Shown: positions 1 through 13,569, numbered from the stretch's first letter. The stretch is 64,000 nt of DNA from Octopus vulgaris (GCA_951406725.2 OX597821.1:10292001-10356000), one strand, 5' to 3'. Notes: a model not told the origin generated them from the sequence alone. Numbers and translations: made by a program.

Positions 1-2770
1 TTCTATAGCTTGCACGTCCGCATATTTTAACCATTGGTTTCGTGGTCCTTGTGTATATCTTTGCATTTATTAGTATCTTTTCATCGATTTGGGTTGCTTT
101 TTACATTTGATAAATTTCTTTTCAGAATGTTCATTCTTGGATCCCTAGTGAGCATTGGTAGATTTTGTACAGTAGTGTTACATGCCTCATTGTTTCTAAG
201 GTTCTGAGTTGATATATACGGTAGTATTTTTGGATAAGCTCTGGCGTTTCGCTTCGTATCCTTTAAAGTTTTAATGGTTATTTTCTTGGCACTTTTAGTT
301 CCATCATCTATAAGTTTGAGGGGATAGTGCCTCTCAGTTAGTGCTGTTCTGAGTCCTTTAATACGGCGGTCCCGGGTATTTCCATGAGTGACTATTGTGC
401 AAATCCTTTCGCTAAATTAAAGGGAATATTTCTTTTGATGTGTTTTGGGTGGCATGAGCTAAACAGACATATTGCTCGGTGTCTGTTGTTTTATGATAAA
501 TGTCGGTTACAATTTTTTGTTGACGATTTCATCAGAATATTTAAGAAAGGGAAATGGTTGCTGCTATATTCCATTGTAAACTGAATGTTGGCGTTTTTAT
601 TATCAAGTATCGATTTAAATTCCAAAAGTTTATCAACTGTTTCGTTCGAAATGATAAAACCATCATCCAGATATTTTCTATTTCTCTCTTGTTTAATGGT
701 GAAATGGATATCCATAGTTTTGCAGTCATACTTCATATATTGTGAATTAAATATACACAATATTATGTTCGCAATAACAGGAGCTGCTTTTGCTCCAATC
801 GCATTTCCATATTTTTGTCGATGGTAGGTGTCATCAAATAGGAAATAATTTATCTGAAGTATACATTTTACTGTTTCAATAATAAAAAACAGGTTTTATG
901 CGTTAACCAAAGTCTTCAGCGTTCTTTTCCAGCCAGAATTTTATTGCTTCTATTCCATAGTCATGTGTGATATTGATGCAAAGATTAACAGCATCGAAGG
1001 AAACAAATATCTCTTAATTTGTTTAGCATATCTATGCCGTCTCTAATTTGTTATGTATTTCAGTAAGGATTTCAGTAGGATCTCCATAAAATTACTTAGG
1101 GGGATGGATTTCACAGGCTAGTCCAGCTATAATTGATCTTCACTTTAACTCTTCTGGCGCTAGGATATTTATGTATTTGCCTGGTGATTTCTTGCAGATT
1201 TCATGAAATATCTTGCTGTTGTGTATATTAGGTAGGGCGTAGCAAAACGTAGGTTTACATTCAAATTTCGTGATGTCTGTTTCTTTTTTTGTCAGGCCTT
1301 TTACATGCAGATTAATTTTTGGATACGAGATTTTTCATTGCTTTTTGTTGTTTATGATTTCCAGCTTTTTCGTGGAAGGCATCGCTTTCTAGCATGCATA
1401 GCAATTGGTTTTCGCACTATTCTGTGTCTTTCAGGATTACAGTACTTCCGTTGTCTGCTTCTTTGATAGTTCTTTGTCGTTTAGTAACTCAATGAAATGT
1501 TTCCATTGTAAATTGAATTGCTTTTTCGTTTATGGACAGTATTTGGGAAATTTTGGATTTGGTCACAGAGCACAGAGAAGTCATCTGGTGTTTAATCCCA
1601 CACTTAAGTGGAAGATAATTTCTTCCGTTTTTAACCAGTGATTCATCCTTGTTTTCGCAGTACGTTAGTGTTTCTGTGAATAGTAGCTTTCAGCAGAAAT
1701 CCGAAATATTCATTTGTACTCTAGGTACAAGGCACGGAATTTTTTTCTGGGGCGCCAGTCGATTAGGTCGACCACTGTACGCAACTGGTACTTAATTTAT
1801 CGACCCCGAAAGGATGAAGGACAATGTTGACCTGAGCGGAATTTGAACTCAGAACAACATAAAGACAGACAAAATACCGCTAAGCATATTGCCTGACTTG
1901 CTAAGGTTTTTGCCAGCTCGCCGCCTTCAGAATTCCGAAATATTGCCTTTAATTTCATTCGGGTTATATTATCGTGGAGTTAGGGTAAATGTTAATCTTT
2001 TAGTATTGGTATACTGTTTAGTTAGCATCCTGATTCTTGTTGCACAGAGATTTCTTTTTTGATACTTTTATTACTTTGGTTGTCTCTTGTATGTTTTGAT
2101 GCAACATGCGCCCCTGTTTTACTCCACTCTAAATAATATTTACTGTAATTTCGTTGGTAGAAATTGTCAATGTTATATTAAGATGACTTTAATCATAGCA
2201 ACAATGTATGTAGCGATTTATGGACAAGTTATGTCTTGTCGACAATTTCTCGGGCATTTATTTCGCCCAGACTTCATTCTTAAACCTCACCTCATGAGGA
2301 TGTTGTGACTAGTTCAAATTGTCTCTTGATATTGACCATGTGAGCAGAATATAAGTTTTTGACACCAAGAAAAATGTGTGGGTGACCGTAATTCTATTCT
2401 TCTCTGTAACGTTTTACAGTACGGAAGGTTTCACTTATCGCTCATAGATGGTGTTTAATAGTGACAAGTTCGCCTATAAGAGGGATTCTCGAAGGTAATA
2501 CCCATGCAGTTTGAAGAATCCATCATGCAGTCATAGCTGGTGATTCGTGTATTCATTTTTAGCATTACATTTTATAATGATGCCCAACTGCCCTGTCTTT
2601 TTTCTGAGTCTGTTAATGTTATTTTCACTAGAGGTAATCCATTTTACATCTGTATTATCATTAGAATCGGTTTCTGCAGTGTTATCTGCTGGCAAAATAT
2701 AGTGGGACATTCATTGTCCAAAACCTGGGTATTTGAATTTGATGGCAGACAACGTATTATTTCGTGACCA
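1..2770 (-). mobile_element. Decayed Penelope-like element: RT region and N-terminus, runs off the left edge
   Basis: Minus-strand pieces read YGNAIGAKAAPVIA (RT GxAMG-type motif), KYLDDGFI...NIQFTMEYSSNHFPFLNI and CHPKHIKRNIPFNLAK, collinear with the better-preserved PLE at 52.3 kb. Many frameshifts; the upstream boundary is approximate. Confidence 0.8.
1711..1927 (-). mobile_element. tRNA-derived SINE, family A, inserted in the PLE
   Basis: Reverse complement of the AAGGCGGCGAGCTGGCA...GAGTTCAAATTCC head. 17-bp TSD with one mismatch: CAGAAATCCGAAATATT (1694-1710) and CAGAATTCCGAAATATT (1928-1944). Confidence 0.9.
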
Positions 2771-3133
2771 TGATGTATATATAGTAATTATTCCAAGTGG
2801 TATGTATTTTACTGTTATATTACTCCTACGATTAAAAAAAAAATGTATTCGTGTTCACTCAAAGAATATAATCATTTCTTTCACAAGCTTGCTTTAAAGA
2901 CAACAAATATATGGGGAATATTATACATTATCCAAGAAAAACTGTGTCAGTGTTCGATGCCATTTGGTATGTATGAATATATGTATGCATGTAAGTATGT
3001 ATGTACGTATAACAAATAGTGAGGTTGCATCCTTTCGGGCGTTGAACCTCAAGTAGCATAGAAGGTCAGTGGTAAAAATCACAGAAGATGCGAACGCACG
3101 CACACACACACACACACAAACACACACAAACAC

Positions 3134-3189
<56 letters not shown>

Positions 3190-3673
3190 ACGCACATGTA
3201 ATTTTTCCTCAATATTTTTGCCTTCATGTGTACGTGGCTTTTTTAATTCTCTTTCCTTCTTTCTGTGTTTCACTCTTATATACTCGCTCTTGTTATTCAA
3301 TAACCCTTTGTGGTGTGTAACAAACAAACGATGACCGACGCCATGACGACCTGTAATGTTCTATTTTAATAGAGATCGAAGATAAATATTCATGGTATAT
3401 GTAAACAAAACAAACGAAAACTATGTTGGAATGCTTTTGAAGCTGTTGTATAAGCTGCCCGTTTTGTATACTAAATATAATCGCATTTGTCATGGATTTT
3501 GGTTGGTGTTTGTGTACAAAGAAAATAATATAGGAAAACTATGGGCCACAGACATATATAGAATCAATTATGTGCATTCGCTGAATGTGTGTTCGTGTGT
3601 GTGACTATATATCTATAGAAATATAAGAAGGTATGTAAACACAAAAGTATACATACAAATATAGATATGCATA

Positions 3674-3734
<61 letters not shown>

Positions 3735-3749
3735 CTCTCTCTCTCTCTC

Positions 3750-3796
<47 letters not shown>

Positions 3797-3999
3797 TCTG
3801 CTTAGATATACATACATGAATATATTTTCATACACGCATACATTATGCATATAAATATGTATGTACACACACATACATACATACATACATATATATAGAA
3901 ATTTATGCTCACGTAGGACACATTCATTCTAACGATTCTAGCTACATTATCTATCTTCAAATTTGCACGAGGGCAAGCCCTATCTCTTCAGTCTCAGTC

Positions 4000-5480
4000 T
4001 TCTTTTGCCAACTGAAATGGTTAATAAAACCCCTGCCGGAGAGAAAGGTGCTCTTTTTCAACCTTTCATCACCGACATCCTTACAACCTCGTTTGCACAT
4101 CGAAATCCAGTGACCTATTGTCCTTGAAAAAGCGCCCTTGCTACCAACCTATCGTGAAATATTTTTCTCACATTTCTGGCTGGGCGTGGGAGTTTCCCCG
4201 ATCAGGTTTTATATAAACATTTGGGTATTGTTCTTTGGCGATTATCCACCGCAATGGTGTGGTTTTCTTTTAATTCAGTTAAGGTTGTGTTAGTTATGCT
4301 CAATATATGTATGTGATCATTAACGTTAAATCGAATGCAGAGAAAATCATTTCGTGTAATGTTAGTATTTTCATGTATACATTTCATTAGGTGTTCATTA
4401 TTTGCGTTGATTGTAGTGAAATATAAGTTACTTGTCTACGTTCTTGTTTATTTGATTCTTGTTTACTTCGCCGCAACACCTGATGCTGTTGTCGTTTCAC
4501 CTTCTGTAATCTGTGTAATCATTGCCGTTTTAGGTGGTGTTGGTGTTGCCTGTAATATAGCTCGCGTTTGGTGCTGCTGTGGTACTACGTTTGAAGGTCG
4601 CTGGCGTTTCGGTCTGATCAGTACAGGCAAAATATTTTGAGGCGGTCGTTCTGTCCGCAGAGATAGCAACTTCTTTTACGCCTCTCCTCCGATACTTGTA
4701 ACTTCGCATCTTCTGTCTAGTCGATAAGGCCTGAAATTTTTTGAGCGTTTCTTGGCCTGCTTGAATTAAAAGCTCCAGTCCCTCCCACCACCGATCTTAC
4801 TGGTGTAAGTAGTTCATTTGCAGAATTTCAACCTGTTCCGCAATGTCAAGTAGGATGGCTGTCACTACCAAACAAGTGTCAAATTCTGGGGGTATTTCCG
4901 CAATTTTTAGTTTTGAGACTCGCCGATCAAGTGTTGTGAAGTGTTGCTTGGCTTCGTCATCTGATGCGAACCTTAATTCCACAGTACTATATTTCTTCCC
5001 CTACCCACGTATACAATTTTGCTCCAAATTGGTTGCAAACGCTTTTTAAATTGTTGATGGCTCATTTTTTTTAGTTCAATGATAGCATTTTGCAGATAAC
5101 AGTTCTGCGCAATGTGTTGTATAATTTCACAAGGGTGGGCTGGTCAAATTGACATCTGTACCGTTTCTTCTGAATTAAATTTTTTAAGTCCTTAAATCAT
5201 CAATTTTATGTTGATTGTCTCTTGATTAAATTTTACAACAGAAGCGAAACCGCGACAGTAGCATTTGTTATTCTTATTTTTTCGTAGGTTTCAATTGTAC
5301 TGCCGAATGTGGTGGTTTTGGAAATGGTTTGTGTGGTGTTTCCATTTGCAGATACTTTATTACTTTCATTCCGTTTACAACAAGAGAGAGAAGGTAACAC
5401 CTCTTCGTGCTGCTCGATTTGAGAGGTGTTGTCCTTTCCGAAGCAGGGGGCTATGTTTGAAGCTAAAGAAATGAGTGTTA
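4000..5480 (-). mobile_element. Decayed LINE ORF1 (Gag-like) remnant
   Basis: Minus strand 4627-4668 reads CYLCGQNDRLKIFC, a CX2CX4HX4C knuckle with H->R. It lies downstream of ORF 4797-4982 and upstream of a T/P/Q-rich stretch. Boundaries approximate. Confidence 0.5.
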
Positions 5481-5883
5481 AAACTCAAAAACAATGAAAG
5501 AACATGTATGGTCATAGAAAACTTCCCACGTCATGCAGATTCAGTTTCAAAGATTTCAAAGGTCCACTAGTGATCACTCCAAACACCATGATGTCTGAAT
5601 GTATCATTTTTATCACTCTCGTTACATGTCCTCAGACTGACATCCACACACTCTGAATTGTTCGTACTGGAGCACACGGCATGAATAACAAGCAGTGCAA
5701 CATGCTGAGCTCCATACTTCTGTCAGAGTAAATTGCCCCACGGTGCTGCTTTGTCACACCGAAGGTGCCCATCTGACACCTTTTTACTGTGTAGTCAACA
5801 AAATCTAAAGCAAGCAATGTGAATGTTTATAATATAGCCACAATTTACCCATCGCACGTCGTATGTTTATACATGCATACATA

Positions 5884-5940
<57 letters not shown>

Positions 5941-6015
5941 TTGAGTTGTGGGGTATCGCACGAGTGGGATTATATAAGAAAAAAGGTTTGAAAATGCAAT
6001 TTAAACGATGTTTAT

Positions 6016-6060
6016 TTACTTAACCGGTTTCACTCTTTGGTAAAAGATTGTCAAAAGTAA
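6016..6060 (-). ncRNA. Putative minimal hammerhead ribozyme, U3:A8 variant
   Basis: Minus strand TTACTT-TTGACAA-TCTTT TACC AAAGA-GT-GAAA-CCGG-TT-AAGTAA: 6-bp stem I, palindromic stem III ACCGGT, GUU triplet. There is an extra GT before GAAA. Confidence 0.55.
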
Positions 6061-6088
6061 CATTAAAAGTATCATTGAATAATATGGG

Positions 6089-6258
6089 TTCAAAAAAGTT
6101 TTTTACATAATTGTCACATTGAATATTATGCATTCAAAAAAGTTTTTTACATAATTGTCACATTGAATATTATGCATTCAAAAAGTTTTTTACATAATTG
6201 TCACATTGGATATTATGAATTCAAAAATGTCTTTTTATACAAAATTGTCACATTACAT
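6089..6258. repeat. 44-bp tandem repeat, three copies plus a diverged fourth
   Basis: Unit TTCAAAAAAGTTTTTTACATAATTGTCACATTGAATATTATGCA starting at 6089, 6133, 6177 and about 6220. Confidence 0.9.
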
Positions 6259-6880
6259 GTATAAATATAGTGTTTGGTAACAGAGAAGTTCAATAGTGTG
6301 ATGAGAATATTTGGGAAAATTTGGCAGAAAAGGATAAAACAAATATATTATTAGAAATTTGGTTGCGTTAATTATTGGTTGTCGCAAATTGTCACATTAC
6401 ATGTATATATATACAGTCTTTGGTATATATATACAATATTTTGACAGCAAAAATTAAAATGGATTTTTTATACATCTCAGAATATTTTAAGTTGAAGGCG
6501 AGAATATGTTGTTACTAACCTGTTTGTTTTAGCAGAAAGGTTGAATTGAGAGAAAAAAGGTTGTACCCAGTGTGTGTATACTCCCCTTCAAGCATCAATG
6601 GTTTTGGGGTTATCAGGAGGTTAGTATGCCTGCTGGTCAAGCAGCGTCTGTTTGTCACACACATATATACACACACACACACACACACAACAACACACAC
6701 ACACACACACATAGTATACAAACACACACCACATACACACAACACACACACACAGAACACACACACACACACACAACGCACCCACATATATAATATATAC
6801 ACACAACACACAAATATCCAATGTGACAATTATGTAAAAAAACTTTTTTGAACCCATATTATTCAATGATACTTTTAATG

Positions 6881-6925
6881 TTACTTTTGACAATCTTTTA
6901 CCAAAGAGTGAAACCGGTTAATAAA
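6881..6925 (+). ncRNA. Second copy of the U3:A8 hammerhead-like motif
   Basis: Same as 6016-6060 but with one G lost from the 3' strand of stem I. Confidence 0.45.
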
Positions 6926-6961
6926 TAAACATCGTTTAAATTGCATTTTCAAACCTTTTTT

Positions 6962-7000
<39 letters not shown>

Positions 7001-7915
7001 ATATCAGTGTTGTGTATCTACAGTTATGCTTATAAGTAAAACATAGATTTATGCATATCGCTTCTCCGTTCACTTTTCACATCCACCGTGGCTTTCTCTT
7101 GTTAGATGTTGATGTGTACACAGCATCACACTGCATTAGCTCTAGGCATTATACGTTCTAATGTTGTTATGTAACAGGACACTTCTGTGTTTACATGTTC
7201 AATAACAAGTTAGCTGGTGATGATTATGAAGGAAAGTTATCTAAATACGATGTACATGTAAGTACAAATAGAAACTGCCTCTCTAAATAGAGAAAATATT
7301 ATCAAAACTTCATAATCTCGTTAGTTATAATTTATGATAGACATTTAGACATCTGTTGCTTCATCATTGTAATTTTATTTTCTATCAATATAGCGCATCT
7401 AATGCCAATCTAACTGACTATCGAACAAGTAGTAGACACTAAAATAACAGGTCCGTAAAGGAAATAAATGTCCATTAACTGTACTAGTTCAATGTCTGAA
7501 AAGATTATTAAATTTCTATCTAATTTGCAACATAATTTATAACTATATTATATCGTTTTCCTCCTCAAGAGGATATTATCGAAGTAACCGACATTACTCT
7601 TTGACCATGTACATGCTACATCACTACACATAATCTATTTATAACCGCTATTATGTTCTTGATATATTACATAGGATTTATTGCATTTCTAGGTTCGATC
7701 ACGCAGCCAGTCATCTTAGACACATCTTTTTTTTTTCGCCAAGGACATATTAAATCTTAAAGTTTGTGAGTGAGCGTTAATTATCTGAAACTCTGTTAGT
7801 GTGATAGACAATATCGTCCAGGACATCACCAACTGTGATGCTTGTATACGTTTCCGATATTTTAAAGTACGTCGATCATTTCGCCGGGTTGAAGTTACAT
7901 TATATTTTACGTATT

Positions 7916-8144
7916 CTGCGAACTGGCAGAAACGTTAGCACGCCGGGCGAAATGCGTAGCCGTATTTCGTCTGCCGTTATGTTCTGGGTTCAAATTCCGC
8001 CGAGGTCGACTTTGCCTTTCATCATTTCGGGGTAGATAAATTAAGTACCAGTTAAGAACTGGGGTCGATGTAATCGACTTAATCTGTTTGTCTGTCCTTG
8101 TTTTTCCCCTCTGTGTTTAGCCCCTTGTGGGTAGTAAAGAAATA
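7916..8144 (+). mobile_element. SINE family A
   Basis: CTGGCAGAAACGTTAGCACGCCGGGCG...GGTTCAAATTCC. 15-bp TSD TATATTTTACGTATT at 7901-7915 and 8145-8159. Confidence 0.92.
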
Positions 8145-9544
8145 TATATTTTACGTATTACCTGCTGCAAAAATAAACCAAGATGTTTAATTGTTTCTTC
8201 GTTTTTTTCTCAATCTGCAATGTGCAGGGATGGCAACGTTCTTTCATTCAGTCAACAATAAATGAAATATGATGAAATCTAGCCAGAATCAGAATCAAAA
8301 CCTTCAAGATCATATATTATAAAGATATTACGCATTTCTAACACTTAAGCTCATTAGCATTGCTCACTTTGTTTTGCATCGGTGCATTGTATTGTACGAT
8401 ACATTGAAAGATTTTACAAAAAAAATGTAGTTATGAATAGATAATTAGAAATTAGATCTAATTTTTTTATCTGCTTCTCATTTAAGATCAATAATGTTCG
8501 TTCCTTTAACACAGGAGAGAATAATAAATACTTAGTAACTAGTCAACTATTTCAATATGTCGTATGACTTAGCGATCCAAATAAACAATCGCACTATACA
8601 ATATTTTATATTGCATTTGACGTTCATAAGGAGATCAGGAAGATGAAAATGCATGTTCTGTTTCCTACACACTCTTTTATTTAAAATGTAAACAACCGAT
8701 TGATTTATTTTTCCGGGAAACTGCAACCAGAAGCACTTTTCACATAGTTCGATATGAAATGAACAATAAATTGTAAATACTATTATTTTGAAGCATATTT
8801 TATATATTTATATATCACTGTGTGAGAGTGTGCGTATATGTATATGTTTGTACGTTTATGTATGTGTGCTCATTACGAATATAGTAACTATCACCCCATA
8901 TTACACGCTGAAATATTCATGTTATTCCATTAACCAAAACGTTATTTTAATTGTTCCCCACGTCACTCTAAAGGAAACCATTATGAAGAATTTGATAGAT
9001 ATTTTGCTAATGCCATTTAGGCATTAATCACCTTTGGTGAAACAAGTAAATAAACAGTAAGCGTGGCGTGATTCTATATAAACAAATTTTATATTTCAAA
9101 ATATTTCATCTTACCAGTGTCGGTAAAATAGGTACCAATTGAGCACTTGTGTCTATATTATTAACTTAACCTCTACCTGTATATTGTTGGCCTTGGGTCA
9201 AAGTTTGAAACCACAATGTTATTTTCTCATGAAAACATGCATACCGGTATGCATGGGCGAATATATATTAACGTTGAATGCATAATTATATATCATCATG
9301 CTACATAAACACATACAATATACAAATCCTTTCAAGTCATTTCCGCTTTTTGAATTTTGTACAAAACAAATTGTCTTCTGCCTTCGTAATAAAAAATGAA
9401 TCTACAGGGTGCGCTGAATAAACTGACGTCTAAATTACACAAACATATAGATAATATCGACATCTCATTTTCACAGATACATTTACCAAAATTACACGAC
9501 AACTATCTTGAAATACTAAAGAGTGAATTTATTCAATAAAATCG

Positions 9545-9790
9545 ACATTATTTACATTTGACGGATATTTGTTCTCATCTTGTTTTTGTTAACACAACGT
9601 TTCTGCTGGTATATCCTCCAGATTTCATCAGGTGTTTTGGGGAAATTTCGGACCTGAGTTGTCATTCCTAAACTGTTTTTCGATGATATTATTTTTACTA
9701 TTATTATTATTCAGGTCACTGCCTAAAATCAAACTAAGAATCTTGCGGTTACTAGCCTGCACTCTTAACCACTACGCAATATGCCTGTGG
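9545..9790 (-). mobile_element. tRNA-headed SINE-like element carrying a hammerhead ribozyme
   Basis: Minus-strand head GGCATATTGCGTAGTGGTTAAGAG has an A-box (9769-9779) and a degenerate B-box AGTTTGATTT (about 9726-9735). An AAT-rich spacer and an HHR motif follow. Confidence 0.7.
9592..9635 (-). ncRNA. Minimal type-I hammerhead ribozyme
   Basis: ACAC-CTGATGA-AAT CTGG AGGATATA CCAG CA-GAAA-CG-TT-GTGT. Canonical core, stem I ACAC/GTGT, palindromic stem III ACGT; the base of stem II is imperfect. Confidence 0.7.
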
Positions 9791-10649
9791 GCACAAATTT
9801 GAATATAAATTAAGTGTCGTGTGAACTGTGCATAACACGACTATGCCTGGCCGCAGACAATATTAAGTAGTATATGATAATTACATTATTTTATATATTT
9901 TATAATGTGGTAACTCACACTTTATATTTATTTATATATAAATTTTCAGTCATGAGGTTGCTCACATCTTCTCCATCGTCAGAGGTGACACTATCGTCGT
10001 CATAGTTATTATCATCATCATCTTGAACAACAACAGCAACAATAACCGACAACATCAACAGCCCTATCATCATCAGCGACTGCAATAATGAGAACAACAC
10101 CTATATCATTATCCTCACCACCATCTTCGAAAGTATCGAGTTAAAATATCATTACCCTGATGAACATCGTCCCTATCTTCATACTTTCTTTAGCTTCTTT
10201 TTGTTCCTTGTTTAGGTTTTTCCTTCTATTGTTACATGCGCTTTACATGCTCGTAATCTCCATGAAAATCTTACTGTGTAATATATTTTGCTATGTAGTA
10301 TTTCGTGGATTTGCAAAATACAATTTACACCATGCTTCTCAGTCGTTTCCTTACACGAGATAGCATGACATAGGTTTTTATTCTTGGGTTCACTGTCTTA
10401 TTAAACCTCACACACACACACAAACACACAACAAACACAAAACCATGAATACGCACACACGCATATGTACAGACGTTGCTGCTGTTGTCCTGCTCCTACT
10501 TCTCCTACTTCACCCATCCTTCTCCTCCTCCTATTCATCATCCTACTACTACTATTCCTACTACTACTACAACCACTACCACTAAAAATAATAAGAAAAA
10601 TAAATAAATTATATAAATTATAATAATAAATAATAATAACACTTATTAT

Positions 10650-10858
10650 TCTTATTTCTGCCACAAACGCAGCTGCGTGGAGGTGGAGCCGAGTCGATAA
10701 CATCGACCCCAATGTTCATCTGGCATTTATTTTATCGATCCCGAAAGATTAAAAGCAAAGTCGGCCTCGGCCAAATTTGAACTCAGAACGTAGCTATAGG
10801 CAAGATACCACTAAGCATTTCGCCCAGTGTGCTACCGATTCTGCTAGCCCACCACCTT
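10650..10858 (-). mobile_element. SINE family A, diverged
   Basis: Reverse complement of AAGGTGGTGGGCTAGCAGAATCGGTAGCAC...GAGTTCAAATTTGGCCGAGG. Confidence 0.8.
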
Positions 10859-10859
10859 C

Positions 10860-10924
<65 letters not shown>

Positions 10925-10979
10925 TAATAATGATGATCATGTTGATCATGATGATGACGACGACGAGATGATGACAATT

Positions 10980-13280
10980 CCCTGGACGTTTAACGTATGA
11001 AAGCGATAAAACACTGCTCCGAAAACTATTCAACATCATCGAGAATAAAGACAAAAGAGGGAATCCAAATTAACTGAAAAAGTGCTGGATTATATACGAG
11101 TAAGTAATACTCATGAAAATCATTTCTATTTTCCAAATGACATTATGTATCTCAACTGTGTATCATGTCTATCACTCGCAGAACACGTGTAAACACGCTC
11201 GGCACATAAAGGTTCAAAACAACGGCTGACCGTTTCCGTTCCCAACCACCATATACAAATAAGATTAAATAAATTAAAAGATACTTGCATTATTCAACCC
11301 AAGGATAAAAAACGAGAAGTACATAGTTTAATCTAATTGCACAAAAAGTACAAAAATCTGCACGTGGAAAGCCATTTAGCACCAGAAATGAAGGGACGGG
11401 TACCTTACGAAAATGATGACCATCAAAATGAAGGGCCAGACATTATGCCCTACATCCCAGAAACAAAATCAAGGAAGGATAAATCGACACGTGAGGGATA
11501 TATTTCAAATTTACTCGCTTATTTTACAGCAGTGCTCCGCCAAAAGAGCGAAAACAACATATACTCTTTTACTTGTTTCAGGCATTTGACTGCGGCCATG
11601 CTGGAGCACCGCCTTTAGTCGAACACATCGACCCCAGGACTTATTCTTTGTAAGCTTAGTACTTATTCTATCGCTCTCTTTTGCTGAACCGCTAAGTTAC
11701 GGGGACGTAAATACAACACCATCGGCTGTGAAGCAATTTTGAGTGGACAAACACAGATATACAAACATATACGCACATATACATATCTAAATAAATATAT
11801 ACGATGGGCTTATTTTAGTTTCCGCCTACCAAATCCACCCACAAGGCTTTGGCCGGCCCGAGGCTATGGCAGAAGACACTTGTCCAAGGTGCTACGCAGT
11901 GGGACTGAACCCGGAACCATGTGCTGGTTAAGCAAACTACTTACCACACACCCACTCCTGCGCTTATATACATATAAGCAAATAATATAAAAATAGCCTA
12001 AGCTAAAGATGTGGATATAGCAATGAACCCCAATAAATTAGCTGACATACGGACATATATTCTGAAAACCAATAAAAAAAAAACAGAAACAGAAATAGAA
12101 ATAGAGCACTTAAAATGAAAACTCAGGAAAACTTAGACGTAATAGATCCAACAAAAACGAAGTAAGCAACAAAAGACAACAAACATAAAATGTACAAATG
12201 CTTAATGCTGGGCAAAATGCATGAAACCAGAACACCACAAATATGAACGGGAGGGAATATGAACCAGCTCTAAAACCTTAAAATAGTGAAGGCGAAACTA
12301 ATGATTATGATATTCTAAGAATGAGTATAAACAAAGAATTGAAAGCCACAGGTCTCAGTATGGACTATCGATTGTATCACCCAAAAATCAAAATTTTTAA
12401 TAAAGCATCAATAATAAGTAAAATGAACCTGGCCCTTCACAGATCTAATAGCCACAGAAACAAATGTCATTATTACCACGTTAAATTATACAATATACGC
12501 AGCAGCATCTGTAGCCACAAAAGAAGCTGAACACGCCCTGTAATTCATCGAAACTAGAGTGTCACTACTCGAAAAAGTCCTGTGGATAAGTAATATCCAG
12601 GAGAAAACGAAAGCAAAGAAAGGATCTGTTAATCGTTAATGAAACTAGTAGACAGTTAACACTGCTAAGCCACACTACTAATCAACAAAAAGCGAAGAGA
12701 CATATTACTTAAATACAAAATTACAGTCAACGTACACCTGAAGTAAAAGTACAGCTAAAGCAAGATGTACTCGCCAAAGCACAAAACATCCAACGGTATG
12801 AGAGACTCCACCGTTTCTTTTACGTTCCACTCCAACAATGCAGCCCCAATAGCAGAATAAGTGGAAGAAGTTTGGAAGGAAATATGATCAGCGAAGGAAC
12901 AATCTCAGAAATATATATCAAATTAGCAAATACTGCATCTGACCAATTCTAAAGTCCTAGGTACTGGAAAAGTTGGAAGGCACCCAGGCTGAACAAGATA
13001 CCCTAATTCTAGAAATACATAAAAAAATTGGCTATAGAAATTCAATGAAATACTAGCAGAAGCAAGACAGTGGCTGAATGGCTCACGGAAAGTAAAACTA
13101 TCCTATTTCTCAACTCCACTGAAACTGCAAAAACATAAAATTACAGAACAATAACTTCTCTCCATACAGTGTACTGCAATGTTATCGCACAGATTGGACA
13201 AAGCGTTAGAATAAATTAAAAGTGTTTCCAGAGGAGCAAAGTGATACTGCAATGCTTATATACAGCTGTGGAGATCAGCT
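10980..13280 (+). mobile_element. Heavily decayed R4/Dong-like non-LTR retrotransposon (N-terminus to early RT), interrupted by a SINE
   Basis: Fragments TREGYISNLLAYFTA, AKAQNIQRYERLHRF, VEEVWKEI, WKAPRLNKIP and EWLTESKTILF...NYRTITSL are recognisable as RLE-clade pre-RT and RT motifs. The element begins next to a (TAA)n/(TGA)n tract. Confidence 0.55.
11562..11965 (-). mobile_element. tRNA-derived SINE, family B
   Basis: Collinear with 57444-57849; head GCGCAGGAGTGGGTGTGTGGTAAG...GGTTCAGTCCC on the minus strand. Confidence 0.88.
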
Positions 13281-13569
13281 CCCTCAACCCCACATCTTAG
13301 CAGATACAGCTCTCTGTTTTCTCAGCCTTAGATACACAAGGAATTTGACAAACTAGTCTATAAATTAAATCTGACGCCATAAAAACAAAAAGAGAGTGAC
13401 GGGTAGAGTCTGTAACAATGCATATCTTCTTGAAAATTCAGTAACTTCTAATTATCTAGAAAGACAGCTTGTTCTTTCTCTATCCCCTTAAATTCTTGGA
13501 GATTTTAGGTATAATTATTCTAATGTGTCCACCTGTTCTAATTTAATTTAGTTAAATTCTATGTCTTTG

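Larger units (their letters stand above)
5971..6969. mobile_element. Inverted-arm element, probably PLE-tail derived, between (TA)n tracts
   Basis: 5971-6127 is the near-perfect reverse complement of 6813-6969, and each arm carries an HHR-like motif. Confidence 0.75.

Noticed and set aside
3341-3395. CCATGACGA...GAAG...TCATGG hammerhead-like trace
   Set aside because: Both core halves are defective; it cannot be distinguished from chance without a consensus.
5540-5610. HSDIMVFGVITSG, a Tc1/mariner-like peptide on the minus strand
   Set aside because: Too short to delimit an element.
6089-6258. Regular direct repeats resembling a CRISPR array
   Set aside because: Head-to-tail units with no unique spacers, in a eukaryotic context.
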